NCBI GenBank assembly: GCA_016839945.1 | Contig: JAEOTE010000159.1 | Location: forward strand, 1 to 39,066 | Length of the DNA stretch: 39,066 bases | Origin: Candidatus Heimdallarchaeota archaeon | GTDB lineage: Archaea > Asgardarchaeota > Heimdallarchaeia > Heimdallarchaeales > Heimdallarchaeaceae | Direction: 5' to 3' | Shown: piece by piece, positions 7,931-17,191 of the stretch | Numbering within the stretch: position 1 is the stretch's first letter | Layout: the number at the start of each line of letters is the position of its first letter | The notes under the pieces: generated by a model | The model's input: the letters and a program-made list of their open reading frames with translations, nothing else | Database searches by the model: none | Told to the model about the DNA's origin: nothing | Program-made: the position numbers and the translations under genes

Positions 7931-10045
7931 TTAACTTAAGTTTTCTTGTTTTTCTTTTTCTTCCTCAACAGATAGTGGCATCAAGATTTTTATGAAAGAA
8001 CCTTTTCTCCAATCCATTTCGTCCGCATCTTCCAAGTCAACCATATAGTTGTACTTCTTTGCAATTTCGTTAACAATCATAAACCCAAGGTGTTTTCGAA
8101 CTGTCTCATCAAATGGTGATAAATCTAAAGCTCTTTGGATTTCTTCTTTTATCTCAGGAGGAGATCCTTCCTTATCATAAATTTTTACTTCATAATATGG
8201 ATCTTTCTCCACACTTACTTCTTTGCCTGAAATCTCAATAGAAACCTCTTCTTTTGTTGTTTTATGCAAAAGACTTGTTAAAACATAAAGAAACATATCG
8301 TGAAGAAATGACCCACCAACAACTTTAACATAGTTTGGTATATTAACATCTGTTTCTATTTTTGTGTCAAAAAACTCCTCTACCACTTTCTCAATAACTG
8401 TTGTTAGAGTCATTTTTAGTGGTATGAAATTTAGTTCCGCACCTATAGATATGTCTAGTACATTGGATAATAATCGTATGTCTTGAACTATAGATGTTCC
8501 TCTTCTAACTAACTTACTAACTCTATCGATAATCTCCTTTTGTTCTCTTGGAATCTTATCACTAAGTAGCTCGTAATATCCAGAAATTCCAAACAGAATA
8601 TTGTAAATATCGTGAGTTAATACATTCAGATACATTCTAGAACGATTGGAATATTCTTCTGCTATAGACTGTAATTTCGTCGCTTCGGAGATATCTACTA
8701 ATGATAAAACAACACAATATTCTCCAGTTAGATTATTAATGGTCGGAGCCATTTGCACAAAAAAAGTTCTCATATCTTTCTTTCCTATCTGGAAAACTTC
8801 AATATCAAGTTTCATTGAATCTTTAGCAATATTTGCAATAACCTCTTTAGTTTTCTGCTGTATTGATGCAGAACTATCTTTTTCAAGTTTTAATACATAA
8901 TCTAGTTTTAAACCAACCATCTCATCATGACTTATGTTGAATATATTTTCAGCTTGTTTATTCAAGTAGATTATCTCGAATCTATTATTTACTAAAATAA
9001 CAGGAAAAGATGAAAACTCTGATGTTTGCGTAATTTGTTGAATATCATCCAGAAGTCGTTTTCTTTGCAGAGTTAGAAATAATTGATTTGATACAATTCT
9101 GAGAAAATGGATATTTGATTCAGAAAGTTTTTCTTGTGTAGAGGATATTACAAAAAGAAAACCAAGCATAAGATTAGTTGAACCAATTGGCAGAATCAAA
9201 CCATATTGTTCTTGTTCAAACTCAATCTCATTTATTACATTTGATGCATTATAATAGTTAAGATTAGATATCTCTAAATCTGGAGATGAATAATAATTTT
9301 CTATTTCCTGACTTAATCCTAATTGTTGGATTAATGTAAATCTATTGATGTCTTTTATGAAGACACCAATTCCTTCAACATCAGTTCTACCTTTAATTTT
9401 TGGCAAAATAGATTTAAGGATCAGTTGTAATTCAGTTGTTTCAAGTGTAAGATTTGACATCTCAACAATAAGGTCTGTTTGTTGATGTTTTAGTTTTAAT
9501 GTGTGCTCTTCAAACCATGAAGAAAGAGAAATTGCAATAATGTTTGATATCTCATTGATAATGTCTAGATAATTTTCCTCATTATATTTGATTGTTTCTT
9601 TGTAAAGAAAAATGCTTAGAACTCCAACTATTTTATTTTCCTCAAGAATTATTGGAGCCATTATTATCTCGGTAATGCCTTCCTTTTCTAATGTTTTCTT
9701 CAGTTCAAAATGATTACTGATATTACTAACACTTTCCCAGATTGCATTAGTAGCTGTAAATAAATTTGAGTATGGATTTTCCTCATCAAATGCATCCAAT
9801 TCAAACTCTAGTTTATCTTTTGTTATTTTACCTTCACATATGTAAAGAGGAGTTAAAAATTGAGTTCCTTGGTCATACAACTTGAAAGAAACAACGGATG
9901 GATTCAAACTCTTCTTAATTAACATGCATAAATTTTGAAGGATTACAATTTTTCTATCAATACCATCTAATTCTCTTTTCAATAATAGATTAATGAATTC
10001 CGTCAAACTATCAGTTGTTTGATTCTCCTCCAAATTAAATTGCAA
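7931..10045 (-). CDS. GAF-GAF-PAS sensor with HisKA domain and degenerate HATPase domain
   Basis: GAF (IMAPII..IVGVL; LILPIG..LGFL), PAS (PVILVN..IIYLNKQAENIF..EMVG), H-box LTHDIYNILFGISGY. N/G1/G2 boxes are degenerate. Confidence 0.8.
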   Translation of the reverse strand: MQFNLEENQTTDSLTEFINLLLKRELDGIDRKIVILQNLCMLIKKSLNPSVVSFKLYDQGTQFLTPLYICEGKITKDKLEFELDAFDEENPYSNLFTATNAIWESVSNISNHFELKKTLEKEGITEIIMAPIILEENKIVGVLSIFLYKETIKYNEENYLDIINEISNIIAISLSSWFEEHTLKLKHQQTDLIVEMSNLTLETTELQLILKSILPKIKGRTDVEGIGVFIKDINRFTLIQQLGLSQEIENYYSSPDLEISNLNYYNASNVINEIEFEQEQYGLILPIGSTNLMLGFLFVISSTQEKLSESNIHFLRIVSNQLFLTLQRKRLLDDIQQITQTSEFSSFPVILVNNRFEIIYLNKQAENIFNISHDEMVGLKLDYVLKLEKDSSASIQQKTKEVIANIAKDSMKLDIEVFQIGKKDMRTFFVQMAPTINNLTGEYCVVLSLVDISEATKLQSIAEEYSNRSRMYLNVLTHDIYNILFGISGYYELLSDKIPREQKEIIDRVSKLVRRGTSIVQDIRLLSNVLDISIGAELNFIPLKMTLTTVIEKVVEEFFDTKIETDVNIPNYVKVVGGSFLHDMFLYVLTSLLHKTTKEEVSIEISGKEVSVEKDPYYEVKIYDKEGSPPEIKEEIQRALDLSPFDETVRKHLGFMIVNEIAKKYNYMVDLEDADEMDWRKGSFIKILMPLSVEEEKEKQENLS

Positions 10046-10234
10046 CCCCTTTTAGCCTGATTATCTTAAATAAACGCTCTTTGTTTTTGATTGTTATGTC
10101 CTATTGTTGTTATCTGCATGAGCGCGTCTTTCTTTTAACCTCTATTCAATAGTGTATACTTTGATGAATAAAAACCAAATAATAAATATATGGAAATTGC
10201 ACAATGCAAAGAGGATAATTAATATATGTAAATA

Positions 10235-11233
10235 TTGAAAAATATCACTGAGGAGATACAAACGTTCGACCAGATTTCAAGCTCTCTTTCAAGATATACA
10301 GATTTGGTATATGGTTTCTTTCTTGGAAACAAGGATGGAATAATTTACAAAGAAAGAGTTTTTAATTCGAATTATTGTCCTCATCAAATCCTATCAAACA
10401 TAGTTAAAGCAATATGTACTTTTGCAGAAGAAACAAAAATATCAAAAAAAGGCATGATAGAATTATCAAAATCTAAAATATCTTTTGTAAAAATCCAAGA
10501 TATTACATACGTCTTGAACCACGGTTTAAAAGAAAAAAAAGAAGCAGATTTGCTTATAGAAAACATTTCCTCTATTTTTGAAGAGAGATCAAGAGCTAAG
10601 TTTCATAGTGAAGATCCAGAACAAGTTTTTTCTGGGGCTTCAGCTGTTTTTGAACAGACAATTGATGAACTATTCAATCCAGTTATGGAATATCAAAATA
10701 AAAGAGAAGCTGAAGAAGCTGTTACAGCATCAGTTGACGAATTTTTGCTTGATTTAGAACTTGTAGGTGTTCCAATTCAATATGATGAAATTGAAGTAGT
10801 TACAAAAGAACGTAAAAAGAAGGAAACTAAAGAAGACGAAAAAACCACAAAAGAACAAAAATTGTCAGCTGTTACCTTTAATATTCTTAACTCAATTGGA
10901 GGAATTGAACACCTAGTCTTTATTAACCATGAACTAGAAGAAGCTAGCTTATTTTTCGAAAATGGAAAATTAGAGGAAAAAACAGTTAATAAAACATTGA
11001 ATGCTTGTCAAAAATTCTTAGATGAAATTGTCAAAATGATGAAAGATGAAGATATTGAGAACGCAATTCCTGTTTCGGAAAAATATCAGATTATATTTGT
11101 ACCATTAAATGAACATAATTTCATGTATGCAATAGCTACAAAAAATGTTGATCCAGTGCTACTTCAACCTGTTTTTGAAAGGATTGCTAGAAGAATCAAA
11201 GATGTTGTACTTGAGTATGAAAAGGATAAATAA
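10235..11233 (+). CDS. Longin + roadblock-like two-domain protein
   Basis: N-domain GFFLGNKDGIIY..IVKAICTFAEE..IELSKSKISF..IENISSIFEE (longin pattern). C-domain LNSIGGIEHLVFIN..IIFVPLNEHNFMYAIATKNVDPVLL (roadblock pattern). Confidence 0.6.
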   Translation: MKNITEEIQTFDQISSSLSRYTDLVYGFFLGNKDGIIYKERVFNSNYCPHQILSNIVKAICTFAEETKISKKGMIELSKSKISFVKIQDITYVLNHGLKEKKEADLLIENISSIFEERSRAKFHSEDPEQVFSGASAVFEQTIDELFNPVMEYQNKREAEEAVTASVDEFLLDLELVGVPIQYDEIEVVTKERKKKETKEDEKTTKEQKLSAVTFNILNSIGGIEHLVFINHELEEASLFFENGKLEEKTVNKTLNACQKFLDEIVKMMKDEDIENAIPVSEKYQIIFVPLNEHNFMYAIATKNVDPVLLQPVFERIARRIKDVVLEYEKDK

Positions 11234-11242
11234 ACCGCAATT

Positions 11243-12295
11243 CTACAAATCAGAAATACTTAGTTTTTCATGAATGAGATAGCTTTTCCATTCATTATAA
11301 CATGAACATTGAACATCTTTATTTAGGATATTAAAATCCTGAGTGAGTGTAAATTCTCTAATAATCTCTATCAAATCTTTATCACAAGATCCACAATTGT
11401 GGGCACCTCTTTTAGTACCACCTGCTACTATATCACAAATGACTCTAAGATCTGGAAATTGCGTTTTTATTTCTTTACATAATAAAAACAATGACCATAA
11501 CCAAGGAGGACGATATTGATTTTTTTCAAACAAATCTGACAGAAGTGTTCCACGGTGGATACTTATTGAATTTATTGAAATAGTGTCTACTCCACTTTCT
11601 ACTACTTTTGAAACGCTATACAAAATATCTTTTGTTGAATCATACTCAGAAACAAATGGTGGTTTGAATAAAAGATAAGCTTTAACTCTTGCTCCTGCAT
11701 CTATTGTTATTTTTACAGCTTTTTCAAAATCTTCCCAGTAAAAACCTTTGTTTATTGAATTCCTTAGAATCTCATTATTTGAGCTTTCTAAACCAATTGC
11801 TATTTCTAGTTTGTTTATGTTGATAACTTCAGATAGAACTGCTATAGTATTAGAGCTGATATATTCAGGTCTAGATTCTATAACGATTTCCTCAATTTGA
11901 TTGTATATGGCTATCTCCTTTAAAATTTCAACTTGAAATTCGGTTGGGATTTCCTTTTTGTCAAGAAAACTTCCACTTGTAAAAAGCTTGATTGAGTATT
12001 TCTCATCTTTCTGTATTTTTCCCTTTAAAGCTCCTCGAATTGATTTCACAATTTTTTCGAAGTCAGGATGTTGAGGATTGTCATATAAATAACCACAAAT
12101 CGAACAACCACCACTATTTGATAGAGCCCAAGAGCAACCTTTAGTTGGGAGAATGAAGACTATTGCTTTCGCAGCACCTGAACGAAGTCTATGATCCTCT
12201 TCCCAGTGAACTAAATCTCTGGAATGAGAACGACTTTCAAGATTATCGTTCCTTATTTGAGTTATGATTTCTGCAAGATTTTTGTTTATTTTCAA
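11243..12295 (-). CDS. raSEA: Archaeosine biosynthesis radical SAM lyase RaSEA (TIGR01210-type)
   Basis: TKGCSWA..GGCSICGY, KLFTSGSFLD, IESRPEY, AIGLES, YLLFKPPF, YRPPWLWS, RGAHNCG. TTG start overlaps the arcS stop. Confidence 0.92.
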   Translation of the reverse strand: MKINKNLAEIITQIRNDNLESRSHSRDLVHWEEDHRLRSGAAKAIVFILPTKGCSWALSNSGGCSICGYLYDNPQHPDFEKIVKSIRGALKGKIQKDEKYSIKLFTSGSFLDKKEIPTEFQVEILKEIAIYNQIEEIVIESRPEYISSNTIAVLSEVININKLEIAIGLESSNNEILRNSINKGFYWEDFEKAVKITIDAGARVKAYLLFKPPFVSEYDSTKDILYSVSKVVESGVDTISINSISIHRGTLLSDLFEKNQYRPPWLWSLFLLCKEIKTQFPDLRVICDIVAGGTKRGAHNCGSCDKDLIEIIREFTLTQDFNILNKDVQCSCYNEWKSYLIHEKLSISDL

Positions 12296-14217
12296 TTTCT
12301 CACCTTCTTCTTAATTTCTGCTAGCTTTCCTGAAGTCATTTTATTCATGTCTAAACCAGAAACGAATGCAGTTGCGGAAGCAATAATTTTATTGTTGGAT
12401 ATAACAAAAATCTCGTCATTAGGGTGAATGCGATTATCTGCTTCTGCACATCCAGGAGCAAAAATATTACTACCTTTTATATGATCATCCATAAATTTGA
12501 GGTTGTTATAAGAATGATGAATAATTTTTTGTGCGTGTTGTGGGAATACTGAGAGAAAACCAGTAGATTTGTGTAGCGTTGCTACTTGTTTCTTTTCATA
12601 AAAGATCTGACGATCTCTTGGATATTTTCCTTTGAACTTAATTGCGTTTGAGAATAATAGTTTTCCTGTACCTGGTCCATATTGAAAATCAGCAGTAGCT
12701 CTAATTTGTTTGAGCTGAGGAACAGAGGACCTCTCTTGTGATTTTATTTCTCGCTGCGATATCTCTTTCAGAGTAGAAGAAAGTTTTGTTAAAGAATTCT
12801 TACTTGTAGGATGAGAACTATCAGATGTGTTTATTACTTCAAAGGATGTCATTTCCTCTATACTTTCTGTAATCTGACTATAACCATCTCCATAAGTATG
12901 ATTCAATATGATAGTTTCTTTTGGATAATGTTTTAGTATTTCTAGAAGTATTAACTTTGTTTCATCAATCTCATAAGGACTCCATTGACCTGTAACTGGA
13001 ATATCATAGAAACGTGCTGGGAAAATGTTTTCTAATTCTCGTGGAACAATTGACAAGGGGGATGTTATAATCAATTCAGATATATAATTCAGAAGTTCCT
13101 TACTTCCGTCTTTCATTGCTTTTCTGAATAACATATGAGAACGAGAAAATGAATAGGGTTTTTTTGCTGAACATGGAAGTAGAAGAACAATTTTAGATAA
13201 AGGATCAGGTGTGTATCTCTCCTTTACACGTTTTCGAAATTCAACAACAGAAGGATGTGAAAACGATTCCTCTCCTATACATTTTAAAGGTGCAGAAGAG
13301 ATAATTGGAGTGCGAGATTGAATATTTTCCGAATAATTGTTATCATATAATCTTAAAGAAGCTGCAAATGTAACTGAACTGTGAATATCTTGTTCTACTA
13401 AAGAACGAAGAGTATCTGTTTTTATTGCATATTGAATTCGACCAATAGCATTCTTGAGAATCATTTCATTATGTTTAAGCAACTCAGGTTTCGCTGAATT
13501 ACAGTATTTGCAATAACATGGTGGATGATTATCAACACTAAAAGCACCATCAGATGTTAGAAAGTACCCATTTTTTGATGTATAATACGCAATTGAGTTA
13601 TCAAACAAATCTATTCCAGAGTATATAAGAAATGAATAATATGCAGGAGATATAGGTCCAGGTAAGTAAATTGCTATATCTGGAGGTAATCTTTCTCGAA
13701 GCTTGACAAAGGTTTCAGTAAGTTTTCTTTGATTATTGAAAAGAGCTGAGATACCCGTTAGAATATACAAAGAACAATCTGTTTCGATGATTTTATCTAA
13801 AAGAGGAGATTCTACATATGAAAGAGGTAAAGTGAAAATTTGTTTGTGAGCTTCATCTAAAGATTGAAACTTGTCTATATATTTGGAAAAATTCTCTAAG
13901 GAAAGAGAATCTGGAACATATGAAGCATAAAATGGTTGTTCAGATAAAAAGAAACCTTTTGCAAGGGATTTATCGATTTTTGTATCAGGTAAATTCCAAA
14001 TCAAAACCTCAGTATCTTTCCTATTCTTAGGAAAAGTGGGTGGAAAAGGTAAATCAAAAAAGCCTGAATAACCTTCTTTTTCTATTGTATTTTCAATTGA
14101 GATTAAACCTGGTGTTATAGGATGATGGGTCCTTGTTTCACCTAATAATCTTGATAATCCAATTTGTGATAATGGTTGAAAAAATCTCAATTTGTCACCA
14201 GATTTAATCTTACTCAA
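12292..14217 (-). CDS. arcS: Archaeosine synthase subunit alpha (ArcS/TgtA2) with PUA domain
   Basis: GIDLFD, Zn site CYCKYC..H, LLPCSAKKPYSFSRSH, TSPLSIVPRELE, YDIPVTGQW, ADFQYG, C-terminal PUA (FAPG..AD..I.PNDE). Confidence 0.92.
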   Translation of the reverse strand: MSKIKSGDKLRFFQPLSQIGLSRLLGETRTHHPITPGLISIENTIEKEGYSGFFDLPFPPTFPKNRKDTEVLIWNLPDTKIDKSLAKGFFLSEQPFYASYVPDSLSLENFSKYIDKFQSLDEAHKQIFTLPLSYVESPLLDKIIETDCSLYILTGISALFNNQRKLTETFVKLRERLPPDIAIYLPGPISPAYYSFLIYSGIDLFDNSIAYYTSKNGYFLTSDGAFSVDNHPPCYCKYCNSAKPELLKHNEMILKNAIGRIQYAIKTDTLRSLVEQDIHSSVTFAASLRLYDNNYSENIQSRTPIISSAPLKCIGEESFSHPSVVEFRKRVKERYTPDPLSKIVLLLPCSAKKPYSFSRSHMLFRKAMKDGSKELLNYISELIITSPLSIVPRELENIFPARFYDIPVTGQWSPYEIDETKLILLEILKHYPKETIILNHTYGDGYSQITESIEEMTSFEVINTSDSSHPTSKNSLTKLSSTLKEISQREIKSQERSSVPQLKQIRATADFQYGPGTGKLLFSNAIKFKGKYPRDRQIFYEKKQVATLHKSTGFLSVFPQHAQKIIHHSYNNLKFMDDHIKGSNIFAPGCAEADNRIHPNDEIFVISNNKIIASATAFVSGLDMNKMTSGKLAEIKKKVRN

Positions 14218-14265
14218 AGAAAAAACAAAATTGAGAATAAAAAGAATCTGTTAGATTAGATATTT

Positions 14266-14342
14266 TGGCGGGCTCGGTGGGATTTGAACCCACGACCATC
14301 AGGTTAAAAGCCTGCTGCTCCGCCTAGCTGAGCTACGAGCCC
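14266..14342 (-). tRNA. tRNA-Lys(UUU), CCA encoded
   Basis: Reverse complement folds as GGGCTCG/CGAGCCC acceptor, GCTC/GAGC D arm, anticodon loop CT-TTT-AA, T arm GTGGG-TTCAAAT-CCCAC, ending GCCA. Confidence 0.97.
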
Positions 14343-14367
14343 GTTACGGTTTCCTCTCATCATACTC

Positions 14368-14387
14368 TTTTAATAAAACTTTCGTTT
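14368..14387 (-). promoter_or_regulatory. BRE + TATA promoter of tRNA-Lys(UUU)
   Basis: Minus strand AAACGAAAGTTTTATTAAAA about 25 nt upstream of the tRNA; identical to 30311-30330. Confidence 0.8.
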
Positions 14388-14392
14388 TTCAT

Positions 14393-15070
14393 CTATTTAT
14401 TTCTAAAAACTAGACAATAGCTATGATCATATCCGTAATTATAGATGCCGTCTTCTTTTTCAGAACCATTACCTACCCAATTAACAATTATCTCTCCTTC
14501 AAAGTGTAAAACTTCTGAAACTGTCTTTGCAATATCCCAAGCAAGTGTTGTAACCACACCATTTCTCTTTAAATTCGAAACCTCAATTACAATATATGAA
14601 TCTGGTTTCATAATTTCTTTAACATATGAATAGATTCTTCGTGTATCTTCTAGATATTGTTCATAACTTCCATTAGTTTCGCATGCAGTATAAGGATTCT
14701 CTGTATCCTCTTTGTTCATATATACAGGAGAAGCTAAACAAAAATCACATTTTGGGAGTTGATATTCGAGTAATTTTAACGCATCACCATGTATAATATT
14801 ATCTTTGCTTTTTACATGCTCTTTTATGTATAGATATCTATCTTCTAAATATTCAACTCCATATGGAATCCTTTCCATTTCTTCTGCAACAAAAAATGTA
14901 GTTCCTAATCCTGCAAAGATATCTAATACTATGTCTCCTTTTTGAGTATAATTTTTCAAGAAATATTCAACTAAGCTTTCTGCGAAACGATTATCATCAT
15001 CTTTGAATTGAGTAGGAACCTCTCTCTTGTGAACAAGAGGTAAAGTAATAGAGGTTCTCATTTTAGACAC
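14393..15070 (-). CDS. Orphan amino-methyltransferase (N4C/N6A DNA methylase family or Trm11-like)
   Basis: Motif I VLDIFAGLGTT, IIHGDA, motif IV variant ASPVY, YEQYLED. Confidence 0.75.
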   Translation of the reverse strand: MSKMRTSITLPLVHKREVPTQFKDDDNRFAESLVEYFLKNYTQKGDIVLDIFAGLGTTFFVAEEMERIPYGVEYLEDRYLYIKEHVKSKDNIIHGDALKLLEYQLPKCDFCLASPVYMNKEDTENPYTACETNGSYEQYLEDTRRIYSYVKEIMKPDSYIVIEVSNLKRNGVVTTLAWDIAKTVSEVLHFEGEIIVNWVGNGSEKEDGIYNYGYDHSYCLVFRNK

Positions 15071-15108
15071 GTTTTACTTATCGATAATATGAATTATTCA
15101 CTAGAAAT

Positions 15109-15684
15109 TTAGATGAAACTTATTTTTTCAGTTTTTGTGAGAATTATTCCTCTTCTTGTTCCTGGTGCGTTAATTAAGTGCCAAACGGTGTATTGCTCCT
15201 CATAGGGGTAAGTTGCAGATACGCCATCAACTGGAACAATTATCCCAAACTTTCTTGAAGCAGCACCAGTTGCTGTATGCAATACTGCTCCATTAGCTGA
15301 AGTTCCGACAATAATAACTGTTTTTATTTTATTTTCCTTCAAAATATTTTCAAGATCTGTGTTGTAAAATTTATCAACACCAGCTTTAATTATCGTTTCT
15401 TCTCTTTTTGGCAATATTTCTCTTCTTATATCAGCTTTCGTTGCCGCACTTGTTAAGCTAAAGATTACTAGCATTCCACTTTTTCTTGATTTTTCTATCA
15501 GCATTTGAATATTATGAAGAGTTTTTAGACACCTAGGTCTTCTTTCTTCGTTACAATTTTGATTTTGAATATCTAAAACAAGAAGAGCTGTTTCTCGTAA
15601 TTTTAATTTAACTTCCTCTAATTCTGGAGGTGCTGGAACTCTAACTCTTTCCCATTCTTCAATAATGGTCTGTTCGGAAGTCAT
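15109..15684 (-). CDS. Isochorismatase/cysteine hydrolase family protein lacking the canonical Cys
   Basis: TALLVLDIQ, K..DKFYNTDLENILK, GTSANGAVLHTA, VPVDG. Confidence 0.85.
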   Translation of the reverse strand: MTSEQTIIEEWERVRVPAPPELEEVKLKLRETALLVLDIQNQNCNEERRPRCLKTLHNIQMLIEKSRKSGMLVIFSLTSAATKADIRREILPKREETIIKAGVDKFYNTDLENILKENKIKTVIIVGTSANGAVLHTATGAASRKFGIIVPVDGVSATYPYEEQYTVWHLINAPGTRRGIILTKTEKISFI

Positions 15685-15814
15685 AGAATTGTTTTACCTC
15701 GGCAGTATAAATTTGTATCCCAAAAGCATTTGTTACCTAAACTCATTATGTCTTAATGAAAAGCTTAAGTATAGTTACCCATTTATGTTAATTAACTAAA
15801 TCTTGGTGTGCTAA

Positions 15815-16522
15815 GTGGCAATCTATAATCTTTCAAATCATGAAGGTCTTCTTATCTATTTAGCACAAAATCGTGCAATTGAAAAAGAGATTGAAATCAC
15901 AACTACACAAGTGGCTAAAGTTTTTTCTATCTCTCAACAAACAGCTTCGAGATTTTTACTAGATTTAGATAAAAAAGGACTCATAACATGGAAATCCTCC
16001 CCCAAAGGATCTCTTGTACAAATAACACCAGAAGGAGTAGAAATACTCTATAAACTCCGCTTTGAGTTAGAAAGAGCAATACATCCTGACCTTACAACAA
16101 TAAGGATTAGAGGTACAGTTTTTTCTGGACTAGGTCAAGGGAAATATTACATGTCTCGTAATTCATACGTGAAAGAGTTTGCAGATAAACTTGGTTTTAG
16201 CCCATATCAAGGAACACTAAATCTGCGAATTCACCCAAACGATACCGATAGATTAGATCTTATTAGAGGTTCATGGCCAATAATTATTCCGGGTTTTGAA
16301 GAAGATGAAAGACGTTTTGGTGATGTATTATGTTATGCATTAGAGATACCTAAATTATCTGCAAAAGTGGCAGGGATTATGCCTAGACGAACTCACTATG
16401 GATCTAATATTTTAGAATTAATAAGCGATGTTTATCTAAGAGATTCATTAGATTTAGAAGATGGAGATGAAGTTATAGTAGAATTCAACTTTGATAGAAG
16501 TAAAGGATTTGAAAATAAATGA
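15815..16522 (+). CDS. ribK: CTP-dependent riboflavin kinase with N-terminal wHTH (RbkR-type)
   Basis: HTH ISQQTASRFLLDL; GTVFSGLGQGKYY, LGFSPYQGTLN, PRRTHY, LELIS..LRDSLDLEDGD. Confidence 0.93.
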   Translation: MAIYNLSNHEGLLIYLAQNRAIEKEIEITTTQVAKVFSISQQTASRFLLDLDKKGLITWKSSPKGSLVQITPEGVEILYKLRFELERAIHPDLTTIRIRGTVFSGLGQGKYYMSRNSYVKEFADKLGFSPYQGTLNLRIHPNDTDRLDLIRGSWPIIIPGFEEDERRFGDVLCYALEIPKLSAKVAGIMPRRTHYGSNILELISDVYLRDSLDLEDGDEVIVEFNFDRSKGFENK

Positions 16523-17166
16523 CAAACACTCTTGAAAAACTTCTCTTGAAAACCATTTATTCTTGCGTAATGAATAAAACTCCATCGACTTTATCTGCAT
16601 TATCAAGATTGTTAGAATTATCTCATGATATTTTAAATCCCAGCTTAGAGAGCTTGATTGAGAAAAATTCCATAAAAATAGATTCAAACAATTATTATTA
16701 CTTAACTGATTTTGGAAGAAGACAACTATCAGTTGTGATGACTGGAGGAACATTTGATCTTCTTCATACAGGGCATCTCTTTACTTTACAGCAAGCTAAA
16801 TACTTAGGAGACGTTCTAGTTGTTGTAGTAGCTACCAATAAGACAGTAGAGAAAATGAAAAATCATCCTCCAACTAATGATCAAAAAGAAAGAGCTAGAA
16901 TAATAAGCAGCATAAAAGAAGTTGATGCTGTTGTACTAGGTAGTGAGAAGGATTTTATGGATTCTGTAGAAATAATAAAGCCTGATATAATTGCACTAGG
17001 GTATGATCAATTCCATCAAGAAGAGAGATTACATAAAACACTTGTTTCTAGAGGTTATGCTCATACAAAATTAGTACGTTTGAAAAAACATGTAGTAGGA
17101 AAATCAACATCCAAAATTGTTCAAGATATAATCAAACACAGCTATAGAAATCAGAAAGATACATAA
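16519..17166 (+). CDS. ribL: FAD synthase (RibL, cytidylyltransferase family) with N-terminal wHTH-like extension
   Basis: GGTFDLLHTGH (HxGH), LVVVVA, KPDIIALGYDQ, STSKI. ATGA overlap with ribK. Confidence 0.88.
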   Translation: MTNTLEKLLLKTIYSCVMNKTPSTLSALSRLLELSHDILNPSLESLIEKNSIKIDSNNYYYLTDFGRRQLSVVMTGGTFDLLHTGHLFTLQQAKYLGDVLVVVVATNKTVEKMKNHPPTNDQKERARIISSIKEVDAVVLGSEKDFMDSVEIIKPDIIALGYDQFHQEERLHKTLVSRGYAHTKLVRLKKHVVGKSTSKIVQDIIKHSYRNQKDT

Positions 17167-17191
17167 TTCATTAAAATAGTCTACTTTTAGC

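Noticed and set aside
14218-15700. Possible tRNA-anchored integrated element (methyltransferase beside tRNA-Lys)
   Set aside because: No integrase and no duplicated tRNA 3' end seen; the genes lie on the 5' side of the tRNA.
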